Shown piece by piece: positions 8,602-17,853 of a stretch of DNA of 64,000 bases (the first letter of the stretch is position 1; every line of letters starts with the position of its first letter). The DNA comes from Candidatus Woesearchaeota archaeon. Its GTDB lineage: Archaea; Nanobdellota; Nanobdellia; Woesearchaeales; SKGA01. The translations under genes were made by a program, and so were the position numbers. The stretch lies in contig JAFGOT010000010.1 of NCBI GenBank assembly GCA_016926395.1, forward strand, positions 1 to 64,000. The letters are read 5' to 3'. Under the pieces are notes generated by a model that saw only the letters and a program-made list of their open reading frames with translations, was not told the origin of the DNA and searched no databases.

Positions 8602-11015
8602 TGTTCTGTTTCATTTAATTCCACAAATTTTGGTAGCAAATCTGCTCTATATTGTTTTGTTATTTCACCTAATTTTCCAAGGTTTTGTAATGAATCAATA
8701 TTTACAGGAGGCGGGAATTTGAACAGCGTTATAACCAATTCATTACTAGTGTTGCAAAGGTCACTTCTCGATAGCGCCCACGGCAAGTCTTCACTAAATT
8801 CTAGACCTCCCCAAGTTGCAGGTTTTATTTCAATTGGATCATCAGGAATATATTCTTCTTCTTCAGACATAAACCAACAATCAATACCATCACACACTTT
8901 TTTACTATCTTCTGGAACTACAACACCATTCGAATCAATTAACATTCCATTAATCAAATATTTTCCAGAGACTAAATCAACATTTTGAATTGCTGTAGAA
9001 TTATTTGCAAGTATAAATTGTGAATAAGGTGACAAATCACCCTCTTTAGTGATTTTTGTGAAAAATATTACTGCTTGTTCACTTGGAGTAATGTTTCTAA
9101 GAACGGTTATTTCTACATAATCTGTTTCAGATATATCTACACCAAACAAACCTGCAACATATTCATTCGTCATTCCTTCAATCCCGTCTTCATTATACCA
9201 CCAATTATCTTCACTATATGCTGAACCGCCATTTTTATCAATAATTATTTTTTCTAAAACTTGAATCTTGACTTTTTTATTTACAATCTTATTCATACCA
9301 TATGAACCAAAGTCTTGTTCTTGACCTTCATATGTTGATAAAGGAACATAAGTATCTTGATAACCTTCTTTTTTTAGTACTAAGTAACCATTGTTAAATA
9401 CAGGCAATTGTGAGTTAAATACTGCATTTCCATAAACATCAAATTGAGTCATTCCTATTCTTTTTTGTGCATAATCTGATACTCCTGCCGAAACAAACAC
9501 ATCACCAAGTGGTTGACCATTACAAGTATCGTATGCAGAAATAGTAACGTTTCCAGATGTGTAAAGTGTAGGATCGGAAAACATTTTTTTTACAGGATCA
9601 TAACCTACAATCTCTCCTGGTTTTGTTGTTTGTGAAACAGAGTCTCCAGGATTAGTATATTTTATCATGTTAGGATCCCATTCAATTGGGCCTTTATTAT
9701 TTTGATAATCTTGATTATTCAAATTATTTCTAACGTTTGCTTCCATCCCAAATAAAAACGAGTAAGTGCTTCCATCAGGCAAACCATCATCCACTAATTC
9801 TACCACAACAGGATAAGTTACATCATAAAAGAAATTATAATATGTGTCTGATTCTGGAGCTCTCATAATAAAACCATCTAACTCTTCAGGTATTATTGTA
9901 ATTATTTCTCCCGAACTTGTTGGTGAAGTGACTTTAGAATAAATATCCCAATCTAAAAATATGTGATTTATTGATAAATTATCTTTTGGAGCTACAATCG
10001 TCGATAAAATAAATGAATTGTAAAATTCTTTTTCTTGTTCTGACATCTTAGGATCATCTAAATACCAAGCATTATCAGTATCTTCAAACCTAAATAAAGG
10101 AACGTAGGAATCAAGTAAACTTCTAAGTTGATTGTTTATTTGCATTTGTGTCCAAACAATAGCGCTGTTATCATTTGTATACATACTTAAAGGAGGTAAA
10201 GAACTTGAATCTATTCGTCCATAATAGCTTGCTAAGTGAACAACTAAATTTTCTAAGTATTGAGAATTGTATTCTTGGTATAAAATTAGTGACGCTTTAG
10301 TTAAGTATTCTAATAATGGAACAGGATCTCTAACAATAAATTTTTCAAATTCTTGAGTTTGACCGTCTTTTTCCAAAACTAGTCTCATCGTTGTTTTTAC
10401 TGCCACATCATCTTCAGTTAAAAGTGCTTGTGAACTTGGTTTCTCATATTCAATAACATCAAATCCTAAATTAGATAATGCTGAAAAATTATTCAAACAA
10501 GTATCTAAGTTATCATCAACATATTTTTCTATTTGCCATTGAACTTCAGATGCAGTTGGAACTGTTAACTCAACATCTAAAAAGTCTTTTTCAACACTTG
10601 ATTTTGATTTTATCCAATAAGGAACAAACGTTGAGTCATCAGATCCTAAAAGAACTCCGTCATTATTTCCTGTCTGTCCTTTATTGTAGCTAAAAAACCC
10701 TTCATACTCAGGGTTAAATGGGTCTATATAACCCCCATGAGATCCTATTAAATTTAGTGCTTCTCTAGACACTTGTCCCATACATAATTCTACATAATCT
10801 TGAACTGGCTTAAATGAAGGTTTAGCAGAGGTCACGTCTTTTGCAAAATCATCCACGGCCACGGATTGATTATTTTGAGTGAAAAAAAAGAATCCTGCTC
10901 CAACTAATAAAACAATTCCTATGATTACAAATATAGTTACCTGTGCTTTTCTACCACGTGGAAATACACAACCAAGGGCATTATTTTTTTGTTTGCAAGC
11001 TTTCTCTTCTGTCAT
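8598..11015 (-). CDS. Large prepilin-like (KAQ) surface protein
   Basis: RGRKA/QVTIFVIIGIVLLVGAGFFFF matches a class III signal-peptide pattern; 805 aa; carboxypeptidase-regulatory-like beta segment (YLVLKKEGYQDT). Confidence 0.7.
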   Translation of the reverse strand: MTEEKACKQKNNALGCVFPRGRKAQVTIFVIIGIVLLVGAGFFFFTQNNQSVAVDDFAKDVTSAKPSFKPVQDYVELCMGQVSREALNLIGSHGGYIDPFNPEYEGFFSYNKGQTGNNDGVLLGSDDSTFVPYWIKSKSSVEKDFLDVELTVPTASEVQWQIEKYVDDNLDTCLNNFSALSNLGFDVIEYEKPSSQALLTEDDVAVKTTMRLVLEKDGQTQEFEKFIVRDPVPLLEYLTKASLILYQEYNSQYLENLVVHLASYYGRIDSSSLPPLSMYTNDNSAIVWTQMQINNQLRSLLDSYVPLFRFEDTDNAWYLDDPKMSEQEKEFYNSFILSTIVAPKDNLSINHIFLDWDIYSKVTSPTSSGEIITIIPEELDGFIMRAPESDTYYNFFYDVTYPVVVELVDDGLPDGSTYSFLFGMEANVRNNLNNQDYQNNKGPIEWDPNMIKYTNPGDSVSQTTKPGEIVGYDPVKKMFSDPTLYTSGNVTISAYDTCNGQPLGDVFVSAGVSDYAQKRIGMTQFDVYGNAVFNSQLPVFNNGYLVLKKEGYQDTYVPLSTYEGQEQDFGSYGMNKIVNKKVKIQVLEKIIIDKNGGSAYSEDNWWYNEDGIEGMTNEYVAGLFGVDISETDYVEITVLRNITPSEQAVIFFTKITKEGDLSPYSQFILANNSTAIQNVDLVSGKYLINGMLIDSNGVVVPEDSKKVCDGIDCWFMSEEEEYIPDDPIEIKPATWGGLEFSEDLPWALSRSDLCNTSNELVITLFKFPPPVNIDSLQNLGKLGEITKQYRADLLPKFVELNETEQ

Positions 11016-11803
11016 TATTTCACATCCTCAAAATGATTTATTATCAAATATAATATTGATTCTCGTTTTACGTACATTAAGAAAAATAACATCAAGAAGA
11101 TTACTAAGCTTACTGTTGAACTTATTAGAGATAAAAATGCAGACAGCACAAAGATTATCAAAAGTGACACGCTAAAAATTAGCGATATAATTATGTTAAA
11201 TAATAAATGTTCAAGAAATAAAGATAGAAAATGTTTTTTCTTAAACAAAAATCTTGTTTCGTACGAATAATTAAGACTTTCAAGTATTAAAAATATTAAG
11301 AACCAAAGTAACATTACAAACACCGGATCCGTAAATATCACCAGAGTTAGACCAATTAACAACATCAGTAAAAGCAAGAACAAAAAGTTAGATACAGTTA
11401 CTCTTAACAATTGTGCTGAAGGTAGTTTTTTCTTAAAGAATATTTTTTGAAGCATCACAGTTCTGGTTCCTCTTAAGAAACCATAAAAAATTGCAAAAAC
11501 GACCAATATAACTGAAGATCCTAAAAATGCATTCTTTAGTGCATCATAAAAAGCAATTAACATCGTTCCTTGTGCAGGACTTATTTGACCATTTTGTTGA
11601 TATGTTGCTTTAAACTCATAAAGTGCAGGATTATAATCATTAAAGAAAGATAGTTTTCCAAATATTACAGATAATAAAAATAAGCCTACAAAAAAGAACA
11701 AGAATAAATAAATTAGATTCATTCCAACTAATTTTAATCCATCATTCTTTGTATGACTAAACAAGTCTTTTTTCAGCTCACCAAAATATTTTATTAAGTT
11801 CAT
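11015..11803 (-). CDS. Multi-pass membrane protein
   Basis: About 6 hydrophobic helices; coupled to both neighbours by 1-4 bp overlaps. Confidence 0.75.
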   Translation of the reverse strand: MNLIKYFGELKKDLFSHTKNDGLKLVGMNLIYLFLFFFVGLFLLSVIFGKLSFFNDYNPALYEFKATYQQNGQISPAQGTMLIAFYDALKNAFLGSSVILVVFAIFYGFLRGTRTVMLQKIFFKKKLPSAQLLRVTVSNFLFLLLLMLLIGLTLVIFTDPVFVMLLWFLIFLILESLNYSYETRFLFKKKHFLSLFLEHLLFNIIISLIFSVSLLIIFVLSAFLSLISSTVSLVIFLMLFFLMYVKRESILYLIINHFEDVK

Positions 11804-12351
11804 TCTTCTTTCTTTACAAAATTAACTTTCAAAGTTCCTTCTCCAAAGTTAAGTTCTGCTCTTTCATATTTTTTTACATCAATAAATGCGTGGTAAAATC
11901 CCCTTCCTTCAAACTGAGCCATCTCTGTTGGTTCGATTATCACTTTACCCACGTCATTTTCATCATAAACAGTTAATGAGAAAGTTATATCTTCAGTTGT
12001 TGGTTGTAAGTACCATGCAAGTTCATGATAATAATCACCATAATTATCTTTTATTGTTGCTTGAAGAGTTGCTGTAGTTCCATACGCAAAATTCTGGCTA
12101 CTAAAAGAGTTGCCATTAGATATTTCTCCTGTCAGGTCAGAAGATAATTTTCTTGAACATCTTTCTATTTCCCAGTCTTCAACAGGTCGCCATCCAGTTT
12201 CTGCAAAATAACTATTACTTACAGGATCAGCCATTCCATCAACTCTATAGCTGTAAGTTAAATCTGCACTGTCAACAGAAGAAGCTCCCATTATAATTCC
12301 AACTATTGCAACAAAAAGTAACGATCCAAATATTAGCACATCACTCTTCAT
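11800..12351 (-). CDS. N-terminally anchored/exported hypothetical protein
   Basis: Hydrophobic N-terminus; SD GGAGGT 6 nt before ATG; ATGA overlaps. Confidence 0.75.
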   Translation of the reverse strand: MKSDVLIFGSLLFVAIVGIIMGASSVDSADLTYSYRVDGMADPVSNSYFAETGWRPVEDWEIERCSRKLSSDLTGEISNGNSFSSQNFAYGTTATLQATIKDNYGDYYHELAWYLQPTTEDITFSLTVYDENDVGKVIIEPTEMAQFEGRGFYHAFIDVKKYERAELNFGEGTLKVNFVKKEE

Positions 12352-15300
12352 TCTTCAACCTCCAAAGGAATACCTGAACAGAAGTCTTCACCTTCAAGTT
12401 CTCGAAGTCCTGGTTGCCATGGATTTTGGAAATATGATTCATAATTTGCAGCGGTTAAGTAAGCACCTGTTAGGCTACAAGTAACAGATCTCCATCCTGA
12501 AGGAATGCTACATTTACTCATCGAATCTAAAGCACTTCCCCAAAGATTATCTCCTAAGCCAAATGGCAAGTATTCTTCTGGACACATTATCTTTCTTGAT
12601 GTAAGTACTACTTGGTTTGCAATTGCAAAACCACTTCCATAACCATCATCGCCTACTTCTCCCCAGAAATAGTTTTGCCATATTTTTGTAAAGAAACTAT
12701 CCCAAAATCCTTCATTAGACATTGGTCCGTCATAATAAACACATTTTCCTTGATCGAAATCTATTTCACAACTAGTGATTGGAAGACCATTCTTTGCGTT
12801 TTCTTCAATACACTTATACTCCCTACAATTTAATTGTTTTAATTTTTCTTTTGCATAGACTATTCCTGGACCACACAAACATCCAGCAGCAAATTTTCTG
12901 TCTTCGAATGGATCCATTCGCTCAACAATACCGCCTTCTTGTATGTCTTGTTGTCTTTGAGCAAATGCGGATTGTTCTGCTGTTAAAGAATCGTATTTTT
13001 TAGCTTGATCAACACGCTCCAATTGCCGATTTATTGTATCTAATTGAGATTCTGTCTTCCTCAAGGATTGTCTATTTTCTCTCATAGCAGTACGTTTAAT
13101 TTTACCATCTTCAATATTTTGAATCTCAGATACATCGTTCTTAATACTTTGTATGTCTTTTGAAATACTGGATTTTTCAGCATTTAAACTAGCAACATAA
13201 GAATTCAAGTTTTCGACTGTAACTTGATTGCCACTTCCATCGACAATACCATAAGCATTCAATCCTTCTTGAAGAGTTTCTTGTTTTCCTTTTAGAGCTT
13301 CAACTTGTCGCTGTTTCGCAAAACTAAGTTCTTCCTTTTGAAGATCTACTGCTTGATCATAAATTTCTTTATCTGCTTGTAAAGAAGTCATTTTATCAGT
13401 TAATGTTTTAACTTTTGCAGGATCACCACCACAATTTTCAATTGGCTTTCCCCCACAAACACTTGCTAATTCCTTTTTTGTTGCTTCTATTTCTTCATTT
13501 ACTTTTTTTAATCCATCCTCAGAACTAGCTAAATCTTTTTCAGCACTTGCAACATCATTTTTTGCCTCATCAATAGCGGCTTTGTCATTAAGACTTTTTG
13601 TTTGTTCAACATACGAACCAACAATATTAACTGCTTGTAATACTCCTTCTGGAGAACATAAACCACAATTGTAAACCAAACAACCCAATTTTAAGAATGA
13701 ATCTATTCCTACATTTAATTTATCATTACTGGCAGTGCCCGAATCACCACCCAACATTTTTGTCAGAGAACCAATTGGATTAACTTTTGATCTTAAGCTA
13801 TTTAACTTTTCGAACAAATTTGAACATAAATTCGTCCACATAGTATCTACACCAGGAACCCAACTAAAACCAACTGCAACTCCATATACCACCGTCTCAA
13901 TAGCAGATATAGTTGAAAAAACAGTGTTAAATGTGTTTGATATAGTGCATATCGTGTCAATAATATCTAAATAGGTATGCCAGTCATCAATGCTGTCTTG
14001 CAAATCATTTATCTCTCCAACAATATCAGTTAGTTTTTCTTGAGTTGCAATATCGATTGTTCCAAGTTCTTGATTAAATGTTGGCATACGCACTACTAAC
14101 TCTTCGAGTTCTGGTTTTGTGTAACGCACAACTCCTCTTTTTTCATAAACTTTGATAGTGCAATTAATAGTAACTGAAGAATCTAATAATTGTTCTCGCC
14201 CACCTATTGGAACTACAAGTATCGGTTGTTTTGAATGTTCATTGATAAAATATGGTCTTCCTGCTAAATCTTTTGTTCCAACACAACCAGTCGTATCTAA
14301 ATCTACAATTTCTGTGTTTTGATTTTTGAAATTAAAATCTAATGGAAGGTATGCTCTTATTGGCATAAATGTCATCATTCGTTTGTCAATTTTTTGTGTT
14401 GGATTAGAAGTTATAGAAGATAATGATTCTGGTGGAACTTGTGTTTCTGCTTCACATACTTGTATTGGAATTGTTAAGTCTTCAATTTGGTTTCCAGCTA
14501 AGTCTTTGACAGTTACTGCCAAGTCTTCTTTCTCTGCATAAGAAACAAAATTACTTAATTCTAATTTACAAACAAAGATATTTCCTTGTCTTTGACAATC
14601 ATTTTGAAAGAAGTTATCTGTTGTTATTTTTTCTGGACTCGCACTTATTCTTATTATTGGAGAAACTTCATCAGTTACATTTATTGTAAGATATGCCTTT
14701 TCTCCAGTTATTGGACATAATACCGAAAAGTTAAGATCTGTTTTTGCAACAGGAGGATCTTGGTCAACAATCACTGTTGATGAAGATATTCCTTTTAACG
14801 GAGAACCAAGCGAATCTGTTGAAGGTGTTGTTAACGCCACTGTTTGTCGTGAACCCGAAGATATCGTTTTATCCACAGGTAAATAACCATAACAAGTGTA
14901 ATAGTCGCCAGTATCATTACAAGAAGCCATTTTAATATAACCAAGGGTTGATAACCCTGATGCCGAAACCGTTATTAAATAAGGTTTAATTTCAACATCT
15001 TGACTGGTTATGTGCATAAATAATTTATTAGCACCACCTTTATAGTAACATGTTCCTTCAAAACAATTTTCTTTTGCATCTCTTCCAAAATAAGTAACTT
15101 CACTCAATTTTGTTTGAATCGCAAAATGAGCAGAAATATTTTTTGTTGATACATGACCTTTGAAATCTGTTGCAGTTACTTTAATAGGAACTTCTGTTGC
15201 ACCAGGATTTATTTGTACGCCTTCAAACACGCACTCATACATTAATCCTTGTTTTGTACATCTTGCAGTTCTAGAACTGTCTTGGCTTTTTAATTCTGGA

Positions 15301-16118
15301 TCTCTTGACAGCGAAGATAAATCTCCAGTTACTAATGTTAAATTATCATCTTTGACCTTTACATAAATATCAGCACTTGGAACCATCGAAGGTTGTGATG
15401 AAATAGTTTCTAATTTTGTTTCTCCTGATAGAACAATTACTTCATCTTGTATTTCAGGGCCTTGAAAATCAACATTAATTGGTCCGAAATTCAACTGACC
15501 AAATTGTCCTAAATTATCTTGTACTATAGCTGTAAAAATGAAGTCGCCACTAACCTTTGGAGGCTTAATTAAAACGGATTTTTCATAAACACATAATCCT
15601 TTTTCACCAATCGTTTCTTTGTAAAAGACATCTTCTTCTGTTGTTACTTCAATCGATTGTATTCCTGCACAATTTTCTGAACCCATAAATGCTTCATCAT
15701 AAGCAGTTATAGTCAAATTCAACTTGTCTCCAACAGGTTCGACAAGAAGTTTTGTTATTACAGGTGCTCTTCCATCAACAATAAATGGCCAAGTAAAAAT
15801 TTGTGTTAATCCTTGTTTGAATGTTAAAACATATTCTCCTGCTTCAGTTGTTGTTTTTTCAAATGTGTGATCACATACAAAAAGACCTTCGTCATTTTCT
15901 ACGCAACTCATTGGATAATCTTGATCTCCACGAACAATACTCACTGCCGCATCAGAAACTACGTGAACTTTTGTAATATCCTCTAACCCTCGGATACCTT
16001 TTATTCCATTAGTACCAGTTATATCTACAGTTGTAACAGCGTTAACCATTGAAATCTGCATCAGAAAAATACTTAGAAGCAAAAAAAATAATAATTTTCT
16101 CTCTATTCGCACACCCAT
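12348..16118 (-). CDS. Giant exported protein: Ig-like repeats, hydrophobic helices, long coiled coil, Cys-rich C-terminus
   Basis: Signal peptide ending SMVNA/V; repeated VD..(A/G)P ... (A/V)xD..G Ig-like units; heptad region ~aa 840-1060; C-terminal CLCGPG...C...C cluster. Confidence 0.75.
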   Translation of the reverse strand: MGVRIERKLLFFLLLSIFLMQISMVNAVTTVDITGTNGIKGIRGLEDITKVHVVSDAAVSIVRGDQDYPMSCVENDEGLFVCDHTFEKTTTEAGEYVLTFKQGLTQIFTWPFIVDGRAPVITKLLVEPVGDKLNLTITAYDEAFMGSENCAGIQSIEVTTEEDVFYKETIGEKGLCVYEKSVLIKPPKVSGDFIFTAIVQDNLGQFGQLNFGPINVDFQGPEIQDEVIVLSGETKLETISSQPSMVPSADIYVKVKDDNLTLVTGDLSSLSRDPELKSQDSSRTARCTKQGLMYECVFEGVQINPGATEVPIKVTATDFKGHVSTKNISAHFAIQTKLSEVTYFGRDAKENCFEGTCYYKGGANKLFMHITSQDVEIKPYLITVSASGLSTLGYIKMASCNDTGDYYTCYGYLPVDKTISSGSRQTVALTTPSTDSLGSPLKGISSSTVIVDQDPPVAKTDLNFSVLCPITGEKAYLTINVTDEVSPIIRISASPEKITTDNFFQNDCQRQGNIFVCKLELSNFVSYAEKEDLAVTVKDLAGNQIEDLTIPIQVCEAETQVPPESLSSITSNPTQKIDKRMMTFMPIRAYLPLDFNFKNQNTEIVDLDTTGCVGTKDLAGRPYFINEHSKQPILVVPIGGREQLLDSSVTINCTIKVYEKRGVVRYTKPELEELVVRMPTFNQELGTIDIATQEKLTDIVGEINDLQDSIDDWHTYLDIIDTICTISNTFNTVFSTISAIETVVYGVAVGFSWVPGVDTMWTNLCSNLFEKLNSLRSKVNPIGSLTKMLGGDSGTASNDKLNVGIDSFLKLGCLVYNCGLCSPEGVLQAVNIVGSYVEQTKSLNDKAAIDEAKNDVASAEKDLASSEDGLKKVNEEIEATKKELASVCGGKPIENCGGDPAKVKTLTDKMTSLQADKEIYDQAVDLQKEELSFAKQRQVEALKGKQETLQEGLNAYGIVDGSGNQVTVENLNSYVASLNAEKSSISKDIQSIKNDVSEIQNIEDGKIKRTAMRENRQSLRKTESQLDTINRQLERVDQAKKYDSLTAEQSAFAQRQQDIQEGGIVERMDPFEDRKFAAGCLCGPGIVYAKEKLKQLNCREYKCIEENAKNGLPITSCEIDFDQGKCVYYDGPMSNEGFWDSFFTKIWQNYFWGEVGDDGYGSGFAIANQVVLTSRKIMCPEEYLPFGLGDNLWGSALDSMSKCSIPSGWRSVTCSLTGAYLTAANYESYFQNPWQPGLRELEGEDFCSGIPLEVEE

Positions 16119-16140
16119 AGGTTAAAAATACAAGAATAAG

Positions 16141-16151
16141 AGTATTTAAAG
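16141..16151 (-). promoter_or_regulatory. TATA-box variant CTTTAAATACT (leaderless spacing)
   Basis: 23 nt from the ATG at 16118. Confidence 0.65.
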
Positions 16152-16182
16152 ATTATGTTTATAAACAAAGAACGAAAATTAA

Positions 16183-16728
16183 CTAAAAATCTGCTAGTTC
16201 TGCAAATTTAGTGTGTTTTCGATGTTTTTCAAGCCACTTATACACAGATGCATGTGGACTTCCTGTCAATAAGGATTCTACAGCTTTTTTAGAAATTGCA
16301 ACATCATCACAAAATCCAATTATTGTGATTGTTTTTCCATAAACACTTATTGAAGTGTTTGTGAATTCCTCAATTGTTTCTCTTGCCTTCCCGCCTTTTC
16401 CTATGACTCGGCCTCTAAGTCTTAGTTGTTGGTCTTGACTTTTTACAAAATCAGAAAGATTTAACAGTTCTAAAACATAATCTTGTTTGAAAAGTCTCAT
16501 AGCAATTTCAGGGTTAAAACCTCTTCCTACAGCTTTTATAATGTCTTTTAGAACGAATAATTGGATTGAATCAGATCCTGAAATAACGATATCTCCTTCT
16601 TTTGAGTCTATATTTATCTTAGACTTTGTTTGAGATTCAAGTTCCGTTTTGATTTCGCCGTTTTTACCAATTAAAACCGCTATTCTCTCTTTTGGAATCT
16701 TTAATTCATAGGAATATTCGTCAGCCAT
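16183..16728 (-). CDS. KH-domain rRNA-processing protein (Dim2/Pno1/Krr1-like)
   Basis: Two KH GxxG loops (LIGKNG, VIGKGG); GRGF; LLTGSPHASVY; directly downstream of rio1. Confidence 0.92.
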   Translation of the reverse strand: MADEYSYELKIPKERIAVLIGKNGEIKTELESQTKSKINIDSKEGDIVISGSDSIQLFVLKDIIKAVGRGFNPEIAMRLFKQDYVLELLNLSDFVKSQDQQLRLRGRVIGKGGKARETIEEFTNTSISVYGKTITIIGFCDDVAISKKAVESLLTGSPHASVYKWLEKHRKHTKFAELADF

Positions 16729-16781
16729 TAGATACCAGAAATCAAAGCTCTTTTTTAAAGCTTCCTTTATAAATCAAGATT

Positions 16782-17501
16782 TTAGTTTTCTTCTTTATCA
16801 ATTATCTTAGAATAAACTTCTTCTTGAGATAATTTTACGCCCTGTTTTCTAAAGAATCTACAAATGTTTTCTATGTCTCTTTTTAGCAATTCTTTAGCGT
16901 TTGGAGCTTCCTTAGCTGTTGCTTGGGAAAAATCAATAAAAACAGGTTTTCCGTGTTGCATAAGAATGTTGAATTCAGATAAATCACCATGTATAAGGCC
17001 TGTTTTGAATAACTGTTTCATCATTTCAACTATTTCATCAAATGTTTCTTGAGGGTTTTCAAGATGGGAGTCTTTTAGTTGTGGCGCAGCCTCACCTTCA
17101 TCATCAATAAACTCTGTAACAACAATGTTATCTTTGAACGTCATCGGAGTTGGAACACGTATTAGTTCTCTTGCCTTTAGCAAGTTTCTATACTCTCTTT
17201 GTGTCCAAGCGAAAATTATTCTTCTTTTATCTCCTTTAAGGTTTAAGTATCGAGGGTCTTGAGAGATGTATTCGTACATCTTGTTGAAGTTACAATTTTC
17301 TAATCTGTAAATTTTTATAGCTATTTGTTCGCCTTCTTTGTTTGTAGCTACAAACACATTGGCTTCTTTTCCAAGCGCCACAGACCCTTTTAATTCTTCA
17401 AAATATCCCTGACTAGCTAAACGTTCAAGATTTCTTAACGTAAATGCATCAAAAACATTACCATATGTTTTCCATGCTTCTCTACTTCTATTTACAACCA
17501 T
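16782..17501 (-). CDS. rio1: RIO1 serine/threonine kinase
   Basis: GKEANVF, AIKIYR, WTQREYRNL, IHGDLSEFNIL, IDFSQA. Confidence 0.95.
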   Translation of the reverse strand: MVVNRSREAWKTYGNVFDAFTLRNLERLASQGYFEELKGSVALGKEANVFVATNKEGEQIAIKIYRLENCNFNKMYEYISQDPRYLNLKGDKRRIIFAWTQREYRNLLKARELIRVPTPMTFKDNIVVTEFIDDEGEAAPQLKDSHLENPQETFDEIVEMMKQLFKTGLIHGDLSEFNILMQHGKPVFIDFSQATAKEAPNAKELLKRDIENICRFFRKQGVKLSQEEVYSKIIDKEEN

Positions 17502-17663
17502 CTACTAAAGAAAGATATCTTTTCCTTTTTAAAACCACTCATCAAAAACAAGGAACAACAAGATTTGAAATGTCGTGGCAAAGCGAAGACACCAAAAAAG
17601 AAGTAACATGGCCTCTAAATAAGTAGCATATAGAAATTACCTTAAATAAATTGAGAAAAAATG

Positions 17664-17737
17664 TGGGTCGGGGGGGATTTGAACCCCCGACTTCTCCCTC
17701 TTCAGGGGAGCGCTCTGCCGGTCTGAGCTACCAACCC
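17664..17737 (-). tRNA. trnF: tRNA-Phe(GAA), intronless, CCA not encoded
   Basis: GGGTTGG/CCGACCC acceptor stem; GCTC/GAGC D-stem; CTCCC-CTGAAGA-GGGAG anticodon arm; GGGGG-TTCAAAT-CCCCC T-arm; discriminator A. TTTATAAA at 17765-17772. Confidence 0.97.
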
Positions 17738-17853
17738 AATAAAAAAAGAGTTGCAGAGCCTAGGTTTCAAGAATCAGAAAGTAGTTTATAAAGATTATTA
17801 TTATCGGGCGTATCTAAGCCCTAAAAAAAGAATTTAAAGAATTAATGGAATTT

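Noticed and set aside
17529-17609. 26-aa hydrophobic minus-strand mini-ORF (MLLLFWCLRFATTFQILLFLVFDEWF)
   Set aside because: GAGG is only 2 nt from the ATG and the stop overlaps the rio1 TATA region; such ORFs arise easily in AT-rich DNA.
17664-17737. tRNA-Phe as an integration site for the surface-gene block
   Set aside because: No duplicate of the tRNA 3' end and no integrase seen; rio1 and KH lie between it and the block.
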